Origin: a virus
Taxonomy: Duplodnaviria > Caudoviricetes
IMG/VR virus record: IMGVR_UViG_3300048599_000150
Coordinates: 1-28,360 of that record
Direction: 5' to 3' (one strand)
DNA length: 28,360 bases
Part shown: in pieces, positions 1 through 8,171 of the stretch
Layout of the letters: each line of letters starts with the position of its first letter
How positions within the stretch are numbered: the first letter of the stretch is position 1
Position numbers and translations under genes: made by a program
The notes under the pieces: generated by a model
What the model saw: only the letters and a program-made list of their open reading frames with translations
Database searches by the model: none
What the model was told of the DNA's origin: nothing

Positions 1-268
1 CCATGCCAAAATTATTCACAGCCGACGCTTCTCCTAATACAATCTTTTTGCCCTTTGTATCCACGGCGCATTTGATCCCTAAATTGCCCGCCAACTGCTT
101 CAAATCTGCATAATACACACCATCAATTGTGACAATATTCTGGGATATGGATTTCCCATTGAACACCGTAGCGAATAAACTTTTTACTGCGGTCAAATTG
201 GTTGCTGCAAAACTTACAGAGCATGTTAGCAAAATACCAGCAAGCAGTCCAGTTATAAATTTTTTCAT
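1..268 (-). CDS. Secreted protein, partial (runs off the window); signal peptide plus copper-amine-oxidase-N/stalk-like domain
   Basis: Not in ORF track. Manual translation from ATG at 268: MKKFITGLLAGILLTCSVSFAATNLTAVKSLFATVFNGKSISQNIVTIDGVYYADLKQLAGNLGIKCAVDTKGKKIVLGE..., open to the window edge. Typical Sec signal peptide; domain call by resemblance only. Confidence 0.7.
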   Translation of the reverse strand, partial: MKKFITGLLAGILLTCSVSFAATNLTAVKSLFATVFNGKSISQNIVTIDGVYYADLKQLAGNLGIKCAVDTKGKKIVLGEASAVNNFGM

Positions 269-303
269 ATAATAGGCACCGTCCCTTCAGATATTATGCC
301 AAC

Positions 304-332
304 ATTATACATCGTATACAATTATTTTACAA
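304..332 (-). promoter_or_regulatory. Sigma-A-type promoter for the secreted protein gene
   Basis: Minus strand TTGTAA-17 nt-TATAAT, with the -10 about 35 nt upstream of ATG 268. Confidence 0.65.
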
Positions 333-370
333 TAAAAGTACACCCCCTCACGAAGACGTTGAGACCAGGC

Positions 371-706
371 CTATTTCTTTTTAACTCGCCGTGCGTGGCT
401 AATAGCAGCATTCATCAAATAGTCCGTCACACTCTCACCAAGTTCTTCCGATATCTGCGAGACAAACTCCTTTTGCTCTGGCGTTACCGTGATTGTGATC
501 GTAGCCCACTGTCCGTCGTGATCAGGCACCAGATTCATTCGCTCGTCGATGGCCCTGACGATAAATTCGTTGAGCGTTTCCCCCATTGTGTCAGCGGCAG
601 CCTGTATTTCCTCTTTGCGGCCCTTCGGAACAAAAGGGTATAGCCGATCATACGCCTTAGCATTATATTTGTTCGTGGCACGCTTTTGCGCGTCTGTATA
701 TGGCAT
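371..706 (-). CDS. Arc/ribbon-helix-helix DNA-binding protein with two RHH-like units
   Basis: AQKRATNKYNAKAYDRL..VPKGRKEEIQAAA...GETLNEFIVRAIDERM is typical of phage Arc-like/antitoxin proteins. Second unit: ATITITVTPEQKEFV...GESVTDYLMNAA. Confidence 0.75.
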   Translation of the reverse strand: MPYTDAQKRATNKYNAKAYDRLYPFVPKGRKEEIQAAADTMGETLNEFIVRAIDERMNLVPDHDGQWATITITVTPEQKEFVSQISEELGESVTDYLMNAAISHARRVKKK

Positions 707-778
707 TGTTTAATCACATCCTCTTGCCGCAATTATATTATCCGTACCGACAATATACTACCGTCATTATATATAATC

Positions 779-830
779 GCGTAAGTATATTTTTGTATAA
801 ATTGCACATATCTATACTTACGCAAGTATA
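779..830. promoter_or_regulatory. Inverted-repeat operator in the divergent intergenic region
   Basis: GCGTAAGTATA (779-789) is the reverse complement of TATACTTACGC (813-823). TATACTT-ACGC-AAGTATA (813-830) is itself palindromic and is followed by TATAAT (832-837). Confidence 0.6.
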
Positions 831-872
831 TTATAATAAGGCTATAAGATGAATCGAAGGGAGATAAAAACA

Positions 873-1016
873 ATGACAAAGAATAATGTTATGAAAATGA
901 GCAAGAACGAGCTTAAGGATTTCATTATTGAGGTTCGTACAAGGGTGGAAATGGGTATCGCGAGTGAGAATCTTGTCAAGTTAGGGATTGTAGCACTTAA
1001 AAGATTAGAGGAATAA
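873..1016 (+). CDS. Small hypothetical protein (47 aa)
   Basis: Not in ORF track. AAGGGAG RBS, then MTKNNVMKMSKNELKDFIIEVRTRVEMGIASENLVKLGIVALKRLEE*. Confidence 0.65.
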   Translation: MTKNNVMKMSKNELKDFIIEVRTRVEMGIASENLVKLGIVALKRLEE

Positions 1017-1065
1017 AGCCAATGGGCCCGGCCGGGCGGCTAATCCCGGCAGGGAGGGGGACACG

Positions 1066-1284
1066 ATGGCGCCGAATCATCAGCCTTTGGCACCGGAAGA
1101 AATAACCGGGATTGCCCGTAAAATCATCTATAATGTTGAGCGTGAGGAATCCGGCATAACATGGCTTGAGCTTGAACTAACCAGACTCTACTGCGCTGGC
1201 ATCATGCTCGGTCGTGAACAGGGCAAGGAAATCGCAATTAGCACTTTAACGGGCGGGCCTGATGGCCCCGGAAAGGATGGATAA
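1066..1284 (+). CDS. Small hypothetical protein (72 aa)
   Basis: Strong RBS GGGAGGGGG upstream, preceded by a GCCGGG/CCCGGC hairpin (1031-1050). Confidence 0.65.
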   Translation: MAPNHQPLAPEEITGIARKIIYNVEREESGITWLELELTRLYCAGIMLGREQGKEIAISTLTGGPDGPGKDG

Positions 1285-1364
1285 TATGAAATTTGGCGAA
1301 GTTTGAAAGTATGACGCACGATGATGAACTTTATGATGGACGACTTTTTAAAATAACAGAACAA

Positions 1365-1436
1365 CCCGCCTGATGATGGCCTGCCGGTAACAGGCCGAAA
1401 CCGATGATCCGGATTCCGGGGAGGTCGCGGGATACC
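1365..1436 (+). ncRNA. Type I hammerhead ribozyme; predicted cleavage after C1426 (GUC)
   Basis: Stem I CCCGC(1365-69)/GCGGG(1427-31); core CUGAUGA(1370-76)+U; stem II GGCCUG(1378-83)/CAGGCC(1391-96); GAAA(1397-1400); stem III CC/GG extended by UCCGG/CCGGG; GUC triplet 1424-26. Loop II GGUA can pair with 3' UACC(1433-36). Confidence 0.9.
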
Positions 1437-1489
1437 CGTGGCGATGGGGACAAGGAGCCGCCCCTTGATTTTATAGATTGTTCTTTGAC

Positions 1490-1523
1490 AAAAAATAGAG
1501 CCCCCAGGATAGCTCCCAGGGGC
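1490..1523 (-). terminator. Intrinsic terminator ending the late/lysis operon
   Basis: Minus strand GCCCCTGGGA-GCTA-TCCTGGGGGC-TCTATTTTTT directly after the endolysin stop. Confidence 0.7.
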
Positions 1524-1528
1524 ATCGT

Positions 1529-1987
1529 TTATCTCTTGACGACAATCTTCTTTATGTCGTCCAAGGACTTATAAAAAGTCTTTTTTCCGCTGTGATTCTG
1601 GTACCAGTACCCGAGATAGTCGCCAACATCGACATGGACGAAGGTTGGATATACTCCGACACCACGAAGCAGATTGAGATCCTTAGCAACCTTAGCGACG
1701 ACGTATGCAAGATCGATCGGGGCCATACCTACGACCTGGATATCGGCAGCTTTGCCCTTTGTATGCTCGCTGTTGTCGATTCCGCCGCAGGACGCATTAT
1801 ATGATGCTGTCCTGTATCCGGATGAAATGGTGACCGGCTTCCCCAGCTTGTCCCGCAGGGTTTGAAGTATCAATATCAGCAAACCGTCAACGTTAATAGT
1901 CTTGGAACCATCTTTACAAGCAAATTCGCTCAGGATAAAATTTTTGGATAGTCTCATGTTCTCCGGCACGCTATACATTTTTATCAT
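1529..1987 (-). CDS. Endolysin, peptidase M15A (D-Ala-D-Ala carboxypeptidase-like Zn peptidase)
   Basis: LSKNF..SEFACKDG, ISSGYRT..YN, SEH..GKAADI and FVHVD motifs; follows the holin. Confidence 0.88.
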   Translation of the reverse strand: MIKMYSVPENMRLSKNFILSEFACKDGSKTINVDGLLILILQTLRDKLGKPVTISSGYRTASYNASCGGIDNSEHTKGKAADIQVVGMAPIDLAYVVAKVAKDLNLLRGVGVYPTFVHVDVGDYLGYWYQNHSGKKTFYKSLDDIKKIVVKR

Positions 1988-2405
1988 CTTCCTTTCCGGA
2001 TTTTTTTAAGACATCGATCGTGTTGGTGATCACGGCCGGAATCGGCAGCCCCATCAAGCCGGCATTTTCTACAATCGAAATGGTCTCATTGGTAATAAAG
2101 GCTATGACCGTGGCGTCCCTGATAAAGTCCGATCCAACGACCAAATCCAGCCTGGCCGCAATCAGCACGATCAAAAGCGTCATGCCCTTCTTGCACAGAC
2201 CCCTCCAGCCTGCTTTGGACTGAAGGGCGCCGGTATCCGATTTTGTCGAGCGCTGGAACACCCCAGCTACCACCAAGCCTGTCAAATAATCGACCGCCAT
2301 GAAGATGATCAGTGTTGTCATGCCGGTATTCCACCCCCCGAATAAGGATGTTACTGCTGCGCCAACCGTGCCCAGAATTGTGAGCAACCAATTTAATTTG
2401 TTCAT
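1971..2405 (-). CDS. Phage holin (phage holin 4 / TcdE-like family)
   Basis: LFGGW...LIIFMAVDYLTG...S..GWRGL.KK...NETISIVENAG.MG.PIP motifs with TM segments. Confidence 0.92.
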   Translation of the reverse strand: MNKLNWLLTILGTVGAAVTSLFGGWNTGMTTLIIFMAVDYLTGLVVAGVFQRSTKSDTGALQSKAGWRGLCKKGMTLLIVLIAARLDLVVGSDFIRDATVIAFITNETISIVENAGLMGLPIPAVITNTIDVLKKSGKEDDKNV

Positions 2406-2435
2406 AACTTCTCCCCTCTCTTATAATTTTGACAT

Positions 2436-2464
2436 ATAAAAAGGACCCGGTTTCCCGAGCCCTT
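2436..2464 (-). terminator. Intrinsic terminator (near-identical copy at 16696-16724)
   Basis: AAGGGCTCGG-GAAA-CCGGGTCCTT-TTTAT. Confidence 0.7.
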
Positions 2465-2478
2465 GTTATGCCGCGCCC

Positions 2479-2670
2479 TTATACTGGATCGCCATTACCG
2501 TCAAGTCCCAGCGCGGTAAGTTCCGCCATAACGCCATCGCGCAGCTGCTCTGGCACCTGATCTATTGTGCGCCTGTGCTTTACGATTAAAGCTACATATA
2601 CATCTACCATGATTTGTACGCCCCCTTTCCATATGGCCCACATAAGCCGTAATTTGTTAAACAGGTTCAC
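2479..2670 (-). CDS. CD1375-family small phage protein (start may be ATG 2610)
   Basis: MVDVYVALIVKHRRTIDQVPEQLRDGVMAEL motif. Confidence 0.8.
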   Translation of the reverse strand: MNLFNKLRLMWAIWKGGVQIMVDVYVALIVKHRRTIDQVPEQLRDGVMAELTALGLDGNGDPV

Positions 2671-2682
2671 GCCTACCGCCCC

Positions 2683-2823
2683 CTATTCTGCGGGCTGTTC
2701 CGGGTTCTCTGCTGCCGCAGCGTTCATCTTCGCCTGGACATCAGCCCGTAAATTCTCCGGCACTTGCTCCATTGTCCGGCTGCCTGCTTTAACCAGCCGA
2801 TAGTACACATCAACCATCTTCAT
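2683..2823 (-). CDS. Second CD1375-family small protein (46 aa)
   Basis: Not in ORF track. GGAGG RBS, then MKMVDVYYRLVKAGSRTMEQVPENLRADVQAKMNAAAAENPEQPAE*. Confidence 0.8.
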   Translation of the reverse strand: MKMVDVYYRLVKAGSRTMEQVPENLRADVQAKMNAAAAENPEQPAE

Positions 2824-2832
2824 ATGGACCTC

Positions 2833-3174
2833 CTATATTGCAATAATAATTTCGTATAGTTCCGCCAGCGCCTCCAGGGCTATGATGTTATCGACTTCGG
2901 ACTGGGCAAGCTTGTCCTCCAGGGCTGCAAGACGCTCTTCTGCTGTCGGAGGAGCAACCACAGGTTCCGGCTCCACGACTGGCCGGCCGGCAACGTCCTC
3001 CTTGATCTGCCGGATAATTTCCAGTTCCTCCAGTGTAGCGCCATCTTCCGGTATGCAGACTACTTCGTCCGGGAATGGGATAATTGCTACCCCGTCGCTG
3101 TAATTTGTAATTGCGATATCGACCTCAATATCTTTGTATAGCATAATGTCACCCCTTCCCTCCACAATCCACAA
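2833..3174 (-). CDS. Hypothetical tail-region protein (start probably ATG 3144)
   Basis: C-terminal PTAEERLAALE...DNIIALEALAELYE pattern is typical of the gene preceding CD1375/XkdX-like genes. Confidence 0.7.
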   Translation of the reverse strand: MWIVEGRGDIMLYKDIEVDIAITNYSDGVAIIPFPDEVVCIPEDGATLEELEIIRQIKEDVAGRPVVEPEPVVAPPTAEERLAALEDKLAQSEVDNIIALEALAELYEIIIAI

Positions 3175-6001
3175 TTACGCTTGTAAACTCAAATACAATA
3201 CCATCGGCGCGTCCCGCAATTACAGCTGAGTCCGCACTTTTGTACACAAATCTAACATAGTCACGGGTTATTGTTACCGCATACATTGCAAATTTATTTG
3301 TGACTATACCGCCGCCCCAGGGCATATAAATAAATGATAATTTTGGAGTTACGTTGGGCTTTACAGATTTTCTAACCTTAAAAGGAATCAAAACATTAGC
3401 ATACACCGCCCCTCCTTCATAAGTGTATCCAGCCTGTGGATTGATTACAGGTATTACCTCGTACTTTGTCAAGTCTCCATAATCGTCTAATGACTCATTA
3501 TGTTGTTGTTTATTCTCCAACCCTAAAGCCAATCCCCTGTATGCTGTAAATAAATCTTGAGCGTATTTGAGTGTCAAACTACCAAACGACTGTGCATGCA
3601 ACGTTTTGAGGATTTGGTAGTCTACGGTATAAGTGGCGTTTGGGTCAAAACTAGCAACAGGTATATAAGCAAGTTCCTTTCCATAGGCTCCGCTGCTGGC
3701 AATTCCCCATTTTGGATCACTCGTCCCATTCTTATTAATTGATAGTATCCTTTCAACCTTATTCCTCAATAAGCTTGCCGGAAAGTTCAGGTCATTCAGA
3801 TCATAGTTAACCCCTGCGTTATTTTGCGGATTACCAACCTCTCCAAGCACTATGCCGCAGTCCACCGTAATATAGTTATCCCCCGGCACGATATCCCACG
3901 GTTCACCCTGAATGTGGACATTGGCGTCAGTGATCGGCTCGGGATTGGCAAGCTTGTAATGGAGGTGATCTCCATTATAGCCTGGTGCAACATTGTTTTG
4001 ACAGTAATTTAAGATATCATGAGTAGATTGGTTGTCATGTCTCACAACAATTGTTCCAATAGGTACACCAGCAGGGCAAGCTGATGTTAATATCAGTACA
4101 TTCCCGCTAATATTACCTACAGTAGCATTCCCCGCTGATCCATATATATCAACAACGTCGCCTATTTTAAATGGGCTTATATCATCCACCATAACATTCG
4201 CAGATCCATCTGTTACCATAGCGACTGTAGCTACTGTACCAGGGGGGTATGCGGCTTTATTTATGTGATAGTTAGTTGCTGTTACATTAGCCCATATATC
4301 ATACCTACCGGAACCGTTATAAGTTAATGCTCTCCAACCATTTCTGTTCGCTTTTACTTCATTTGTGTTCGGCGGGATATTTTCAGCCCAGCCGGAATCA
4401 GTATCAGCTATGGATAATAACACAAAATTGTTTGGTGTCCATGACCTGTATTGATCAGCGCTTCCAACCGCTCCAGATTCTCCAAGAGATTTTAATATCT
4501 TTCCGTCATGCTTCACCATAACCGATTGCATTGATATACCCTTACTCATTTCCGCATTCGTCAAAACTATTTCTTTGCATCCAGTTCCGTCCATCCAATA
4601 CTGCCAATCATAATCCTTACCATACAGCGTCTTATGCTTCCACAACAACAGGCCCGACACTTTTCCATTTTTGATCTGGACCTTATCGTCCTGCGTAAAT
4701 AGCCCTTCCAGTACGTATGCTTTACGATCACAGGATTTATAGGCCGTTGGTGCTATCGTGCCCTCGACGAGCATAATGGAGTCAGCATAACCAGTTCCAG
4801 CAGCAAGGTTTTCCAACAATATTTTTATTTTTGTATTACTACTCGTATTAAATGTGCCTGTGCCAGCCTTTATCAACACAGTTTCCGTGTCGTTGTATAC
4901 GCTTAACCTTGTATTCCCTGATACATTCCCGGCAAGATAGTAGTTTGTGTTTGCCCTAACAGGTATCGCTTGCCTAGCATAGTATCCGTCAGCGGTTGTT
5001 ACGACTTTAAATTTACCATTTTCAATCGAAAGAGTAACATGTGAATCATAGGGCTGCCAATATCCAATGCCCTCCTCGCAATTCCCGTTTCGGACAAGGT
5101 TATACCTGCGGTTCTCGAAGCTGGGATTTGTGAGGCAAACATAGCTTTCACCGTATGGATATTTGATAAGCATAGCAGAAGCGCCCAGGGCATATTCAGC
5201 GGCAGTTATCTCCTGCAACATTACCCCATCGACATACCCGTATTGCGCGTTTGCTCCATTTGCGGACCAAATAACCAAGTTGTCGCCCTGCTTAATCTGG
5301 GAAGGTTGGATAACCATTCCTACGCGCTCAAATGTCCCACCTGTCACAGCAGATGTAAAAATATCAATGCCACCACCTGCGGAGTCTTTTTTAAGGATAA
5401 GGCCACCTGTTATGTTGCCGTTTTTTAAATAGGCGCTTGCAAAATAATACTTTGTTGCGTCAAACGGGCTCGGCTTATACATTCCTCCATAGGTATTATT
5501 CAAAGTTATTTTGATACCATTTTGCCCAAATACTTTGTTTGCTGAATCCAAAGCAATGGAGCAATTAACATACAGCCACTTAGCGATATCCTCGCAGTCC
5601 CCGTCCTTGCCCAACAAATTTACATAGGATATGCCGGTAAAATTTATCTCCGGCGCAACCGGCACCTTTGCCGTGGATCGGACCAAGTTATAGCCGATAC
5701 CGATGGTAGGGGTGTTGGTAATGCCGTTGTCCAAGGGCTTTACACGGTTTTCCCACTTCTCCAGTCTACCGTCCAGATAAGTGGCGGTCCCCTCCGGGCC
5801 AAAATCCTCCCCGTCGGCGTCAACCAGCGCCGCCGTTACCAGGGCGTCATGTTCGCTTCCGGTGTAGGTCAGGTTCTTCAAGCCCGTTATCTCCTGCTGG
5901 GCCGCGGCGATGTCTGCCTCAACCCGATCAAAGCCAATGCCGATATTTGGATAATCTTCTTTTATCTTTTTAGTCCCATCAAGGTTACAGTATTTGTTCA
6001 T
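3149..6001 (-). CDS. Large tail fibre / receptor-binding protein with carbohydrate-binding-like modules
   Basis: 950 aa at the distal tail position. Two CBM-like starts (VNLLGKDGDCE; NLVRNGNCEEG...W) ending in YVDGVML / YADSIML motifs. Confidence 0.7.
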   Translation of the reverse strand: MNKYCNLDGTKKIKEDYPNIGIGFDRVEADIAAAQQEITGLKNLTYTGSEHDALVTAALVDADGEDFGPEGTATYLDGRLEKWENRVKPLDNGITNTPTIGIGYNLVRSTAKVPVAPEINFTGISYVNLLGKDGDCEDIAKWLYVNCSIALDSANKVFGQNGIKITLNNTYGGMYKPSPFDATKYYFASAYLKNGNITGGLILKKDSAGGGIDIFTSAVTGGTFERVGMVIQPSQIKQGDNLVIWSANGANAQYGYVDGVMLQEITAAEYALGASAMLIKYPYGESYVCLTNPSFENRRYNLVRNGNCEEGIGYWQPYDSHVTLSIENGKFKVVTTADGYYARQAIPVRANTNYYLAGNVSGNTRLSVYNDTETVLIKAGTGTFNTSSNTKIKILLENLAAGTGYADSIMLVEGTIAPTAYKSCDRKAYVLEGLFTQDDKVQIKNGKVSGLLLWKHKTLYGKDYDWQYWMDGTGCKEIVLTNAEMSKGISMQSVMVKHDGKILKSLGESGAVGSADQYRSWTPNNFVLLSIADTDSGWAENIPPNTNEVKANRNGWRALTYNGSGRYDIWANVTATNYHINKAAYPPGTVATVAMVTDGSANVMVDDISPFKIGDVVDIYGSAGNATVGNISGNVLILTSACPAGVPIGTIVVRHDNQSTHDILNYCQNNVAPGYNGDHLHYKLANPEPITDANVHIQGEPWDIVPGDNYITVDCGIVLGEVGNPQNNAGVNYDLNDLNFPASLLRNKVERILSINKNGTSDPKWGIASSGAYGKELAYIPVASFDPNATYTVDYQILKTLHAQSFGSLTLKYAQDLFTAYRGLALGLENKQQHNESLDDYGDLTKYEVIPVINPQAGYTYEGGAVYANVLIPFKVRKSVKPNVTPKLSFIYMPWGGGIVTNKFAMYAVTITRDYVRFVYKSADSAVIAGRADGIVFEFTSVIVDCGGKG

Positions 6002-6015
6002 CGCCGGGCCTCCTG

Positions 6016-6273
6016 TTATTCAGTATCTGTTTCGTCGGGTATTGCAGCTATTATTTCATCGATTTCAGCTATTGTCTGGATATATGTTTCCTTCTCAGCC
6101 CTGAGATTCTTGATCTGCTGGTCAATGCCCATAATTCGATTCATATAGCCCATCTTCTCAGCTTCAAGCTCATTTCTGCCCATAGTCCGCTGAAATGTTT
6201 CGGTTATTACTGCCGCCCCGTTTACAATTTTGTGCTCCTTGTTGAGCCTTTTCGTATTTGCCATTTCCCTCAT
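6016..6273 (-). CDS. Hypothetical coiled-coil protein
   Basis: Co-oriented ORF with RBS, lying between tail genes. Confidence 0.7.
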   Translation of the reverse strand: MREMANTKRLNKEHKIVNGAAVITETFQRTMGRNELEAEKMGYMNRIMGIDQQIKNLRAEKETYIQTIAEIDEIIAAIPDETDTE

Positions 6274-6282
6274 CTCTCCTTC

Positions 6283-8160
6283 TCATGATTCAAATCGATA
6301 AAACAATCCGAGTTGCTTTAATCCGTAGGTTATTGTATTTAACTGATCTCTTACGGCATCCAGGGACGCCCCGCTGGGGAGCAACGAACAAAACTGCTGG
6401 CCTCCGCCGGAAGCCCCGAAGAATGATAACTTCGTCGGATTTATCCCAAGCCACGGGCCGTCAATATACACTCCTGTACCGCCCGTAAGGCTGCGCAAAG
6501 TGAGTAGGGTTTCCGCGACCAATGTGATATATTTGCCGCCAACAAGCGTGTTGCCCGTCCCATTTGACAAAATCAAGTCCCCGCCCGCCGTGAAATCTAT
6601 GGCGCTGTGCACAGAACCGGAGTTATAAAATATGATCGATCTGGTCTGCAAAGACCCCACATCTCCCATATTCAGCCGGTTACCGATGGTGGCATCTGTA
6701 GAGACATTAATCGTTACTCCGGATAATGTTCCGCCTGATATTTGATTTGCCGTTAGGCTGCCGATAAACGCCCCGGCGAATGTTCCAGTTGCCGCACTCA
6801 AGGCTCCGGCGAAAGTACCGGTTGCGGCGTTCAGGCTGCCGCTGAATACCCCGTCCACGGCCTCCAGCGTCCCGTTTATCCTGTATTTGTCCGTTAGGGT
6901 ATCAAAGTATATCTTGTCCACCCCGTTGGCCTGAAAGGCGAGCTTATCGCTGTTGAGGATTGCCTTGCTCCGACCGCTGGAATGATTGACAACGAGGCCG
7001 TTGGCCCTACTGACCATTACCCCGTAGTATTCCCGGTCTTCCCGTACCGCCGTTTTTTCGAGTTTCTGGACTTTTTGCGTTACGGTTCCCACAAAGCCAA
7101 ATTCGCTCTTTTGGGCGGAGGAGGACGGGGATGTCCACTCCGTTTTCAGCCCGCCCTTGAAGGTTATTTTGCTCCGGAGCACGATCGTTTTAACAAACTC
7201 GACCGTATCCCACCGGATGTCTGCGGCGTCCCAGGTGAGTTCGCAGCCGGCCCAAGTCAGGGAGGAGTTTTTGGCAATGGAGGCGATATCCCCAACCTCG
7301 GAATAGATGTTCCCGCGCCAGGGCATGGAAAGAGGCATGTAGGAAAACCCGTTCAGCCCCGCATAAATAGCTGCCAGCTGCCCCTCTGTAATAAACGGGT
7401 TATAAAACTTCAGTGTATGGTCGTCATCGCCGGTTCCGGCCTCCAGGTATTCGCCGTCATCATTATAGGTAACCTGGAGTCGAGTGTAGGTCTTGACGGG
7501 ATTTGTCTGGGCGGCCGTCACATAATCCGACGGCATGATCGTAACCGACGGGGCCACCGCCGCGGATGGCCGGATGAATGCCAACTTCTCCGTTTTGGTA
7601 AGCTTTACACAAGCACCATGTGCCGAGGCGATGTAACTCAGCATATCCCGGATACTGATATCGACATCTTGCCAGGGTATTGTATACGCTGGGTTGATCA
7701 CGACGCTCGCATCCAGCGTCAAACCCAACTGCCCGCATATCTCAGCCAGGACGGCGGCCATGCTTATAGGATAGACCAGGCCGGATTCAAAAGTCTGGCT
7801 GGTCGTGATCAGCTTGTCGTATCCCGTCAACGTCCATACGCCGTTTTGCATGCTCCTGGAGTCAATATAAAACACTCCCGGCGGCACCCATTCCGTATAT
7901 CCATCCGAGCCGTTCATCCGGATTTCTGGGACGATTTTGGCATTCTCGGCGATAGCGTCCTGCGTCCGGAGGGAGATGGTAACCTTGGAGGCGATGACGG
8001 ATCCGAGTTCCATCTCCTCCCCGGCCGCTATGCTATCTTCGACCTCAATACTCACAACCTCGTCGTTCCCGTAGATAACCCCGGCGACCGTTGCCCGGCA
8101 CTCGAATTGCCTATCGTACTGCGCTATATAGCTTTTAAATTTATCCGAAACACTGAGCAA
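6283..8160 (-). CDS. Tail tip / baseplate hub (Tal-like) protein
   Basis: Position after the Dit-like gene. N-terminal MLSVSDKFK...ELGSVIASK...GVFYID hub pattern; C-terminal GxFxG-L-AA repeats. Confidence 0.8.
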   Translation of the reverse strand: MLSVSDKFKSYIAQYDRQFECRATVAGVIYGNDEVVSIEVEDSIAAGEEMELGSVIASKVTISLRTQDAIAENAKIVPEIRMNGSDGYTEWVPPGVFYIDSRSMQNGVWTLTGYDKLITTSQTFESGLVYPISMAAVLAEICGQLGLTLDASVVINPAYTIPWQDVDISIRDMLSYIASAHGACVKLTKTEKLAFIRPSAAVAPSVTIMPSDYVTAAQTNPVKTYTRLQVTYNDDGEYLEAGTGDDDHTLKFYNPFITEGQLAAIYAGLNGFSYMPLSMPWRGNIYSEVGDIASIAKNSSLTWAGCELTWDAADIRWDTVEFVKTIVLRSKITFKGGLKTEWTSPSSSAQKSEFGFVGTVTQKVQKLEKTAVREDREYYGVMVSRANGLVVNHSSGRSKAILNSDKLAFQANGVDKIYFDTLTDKYRINGTLEAVDGVFSGSLNAATGTFAGALSAATGTFAGAFIGSLTANQISGGTLSGVTINVSTDATIGNRLNMGDVGSLQTRSIIFYNSGSVHSAIDFTAGGDLILSNGTGNTLVGGKYITLVAETLLTLRSLTGGTGVYIDGPWLGINPTKLSFFGASGGGQQFCSLLPSGASLDAVRDQLNTITYGLKQLGLFYRFES

Positions 8161-8171
8161 CGATCATCACC

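Noticed and set aside
1250-1280. CTGATGG...GGAAAG as a second hammerhead
   Set aside because: The core reads CUGAUGG, stems II and III cannot be built, and it lies within an ORF.
1439-1470. GGGGACAAG segment as a possible twister ribozyme
   Set aside because: Only superficial resemblance; the required pseudoknots and conserved residues could not be assigned.
3149-3600. Diversity-generating retroelement target in the tail fibre C-terminus
   Set aside because: No template repeat or reverse transcriptase seen in the window.
6740-6860. 33-nt periodic repeats as a CRISPR-like array
   Set aside because: They are degenerate coding repeats (GTFAGALSAAT) in the tail protein, without spacers.
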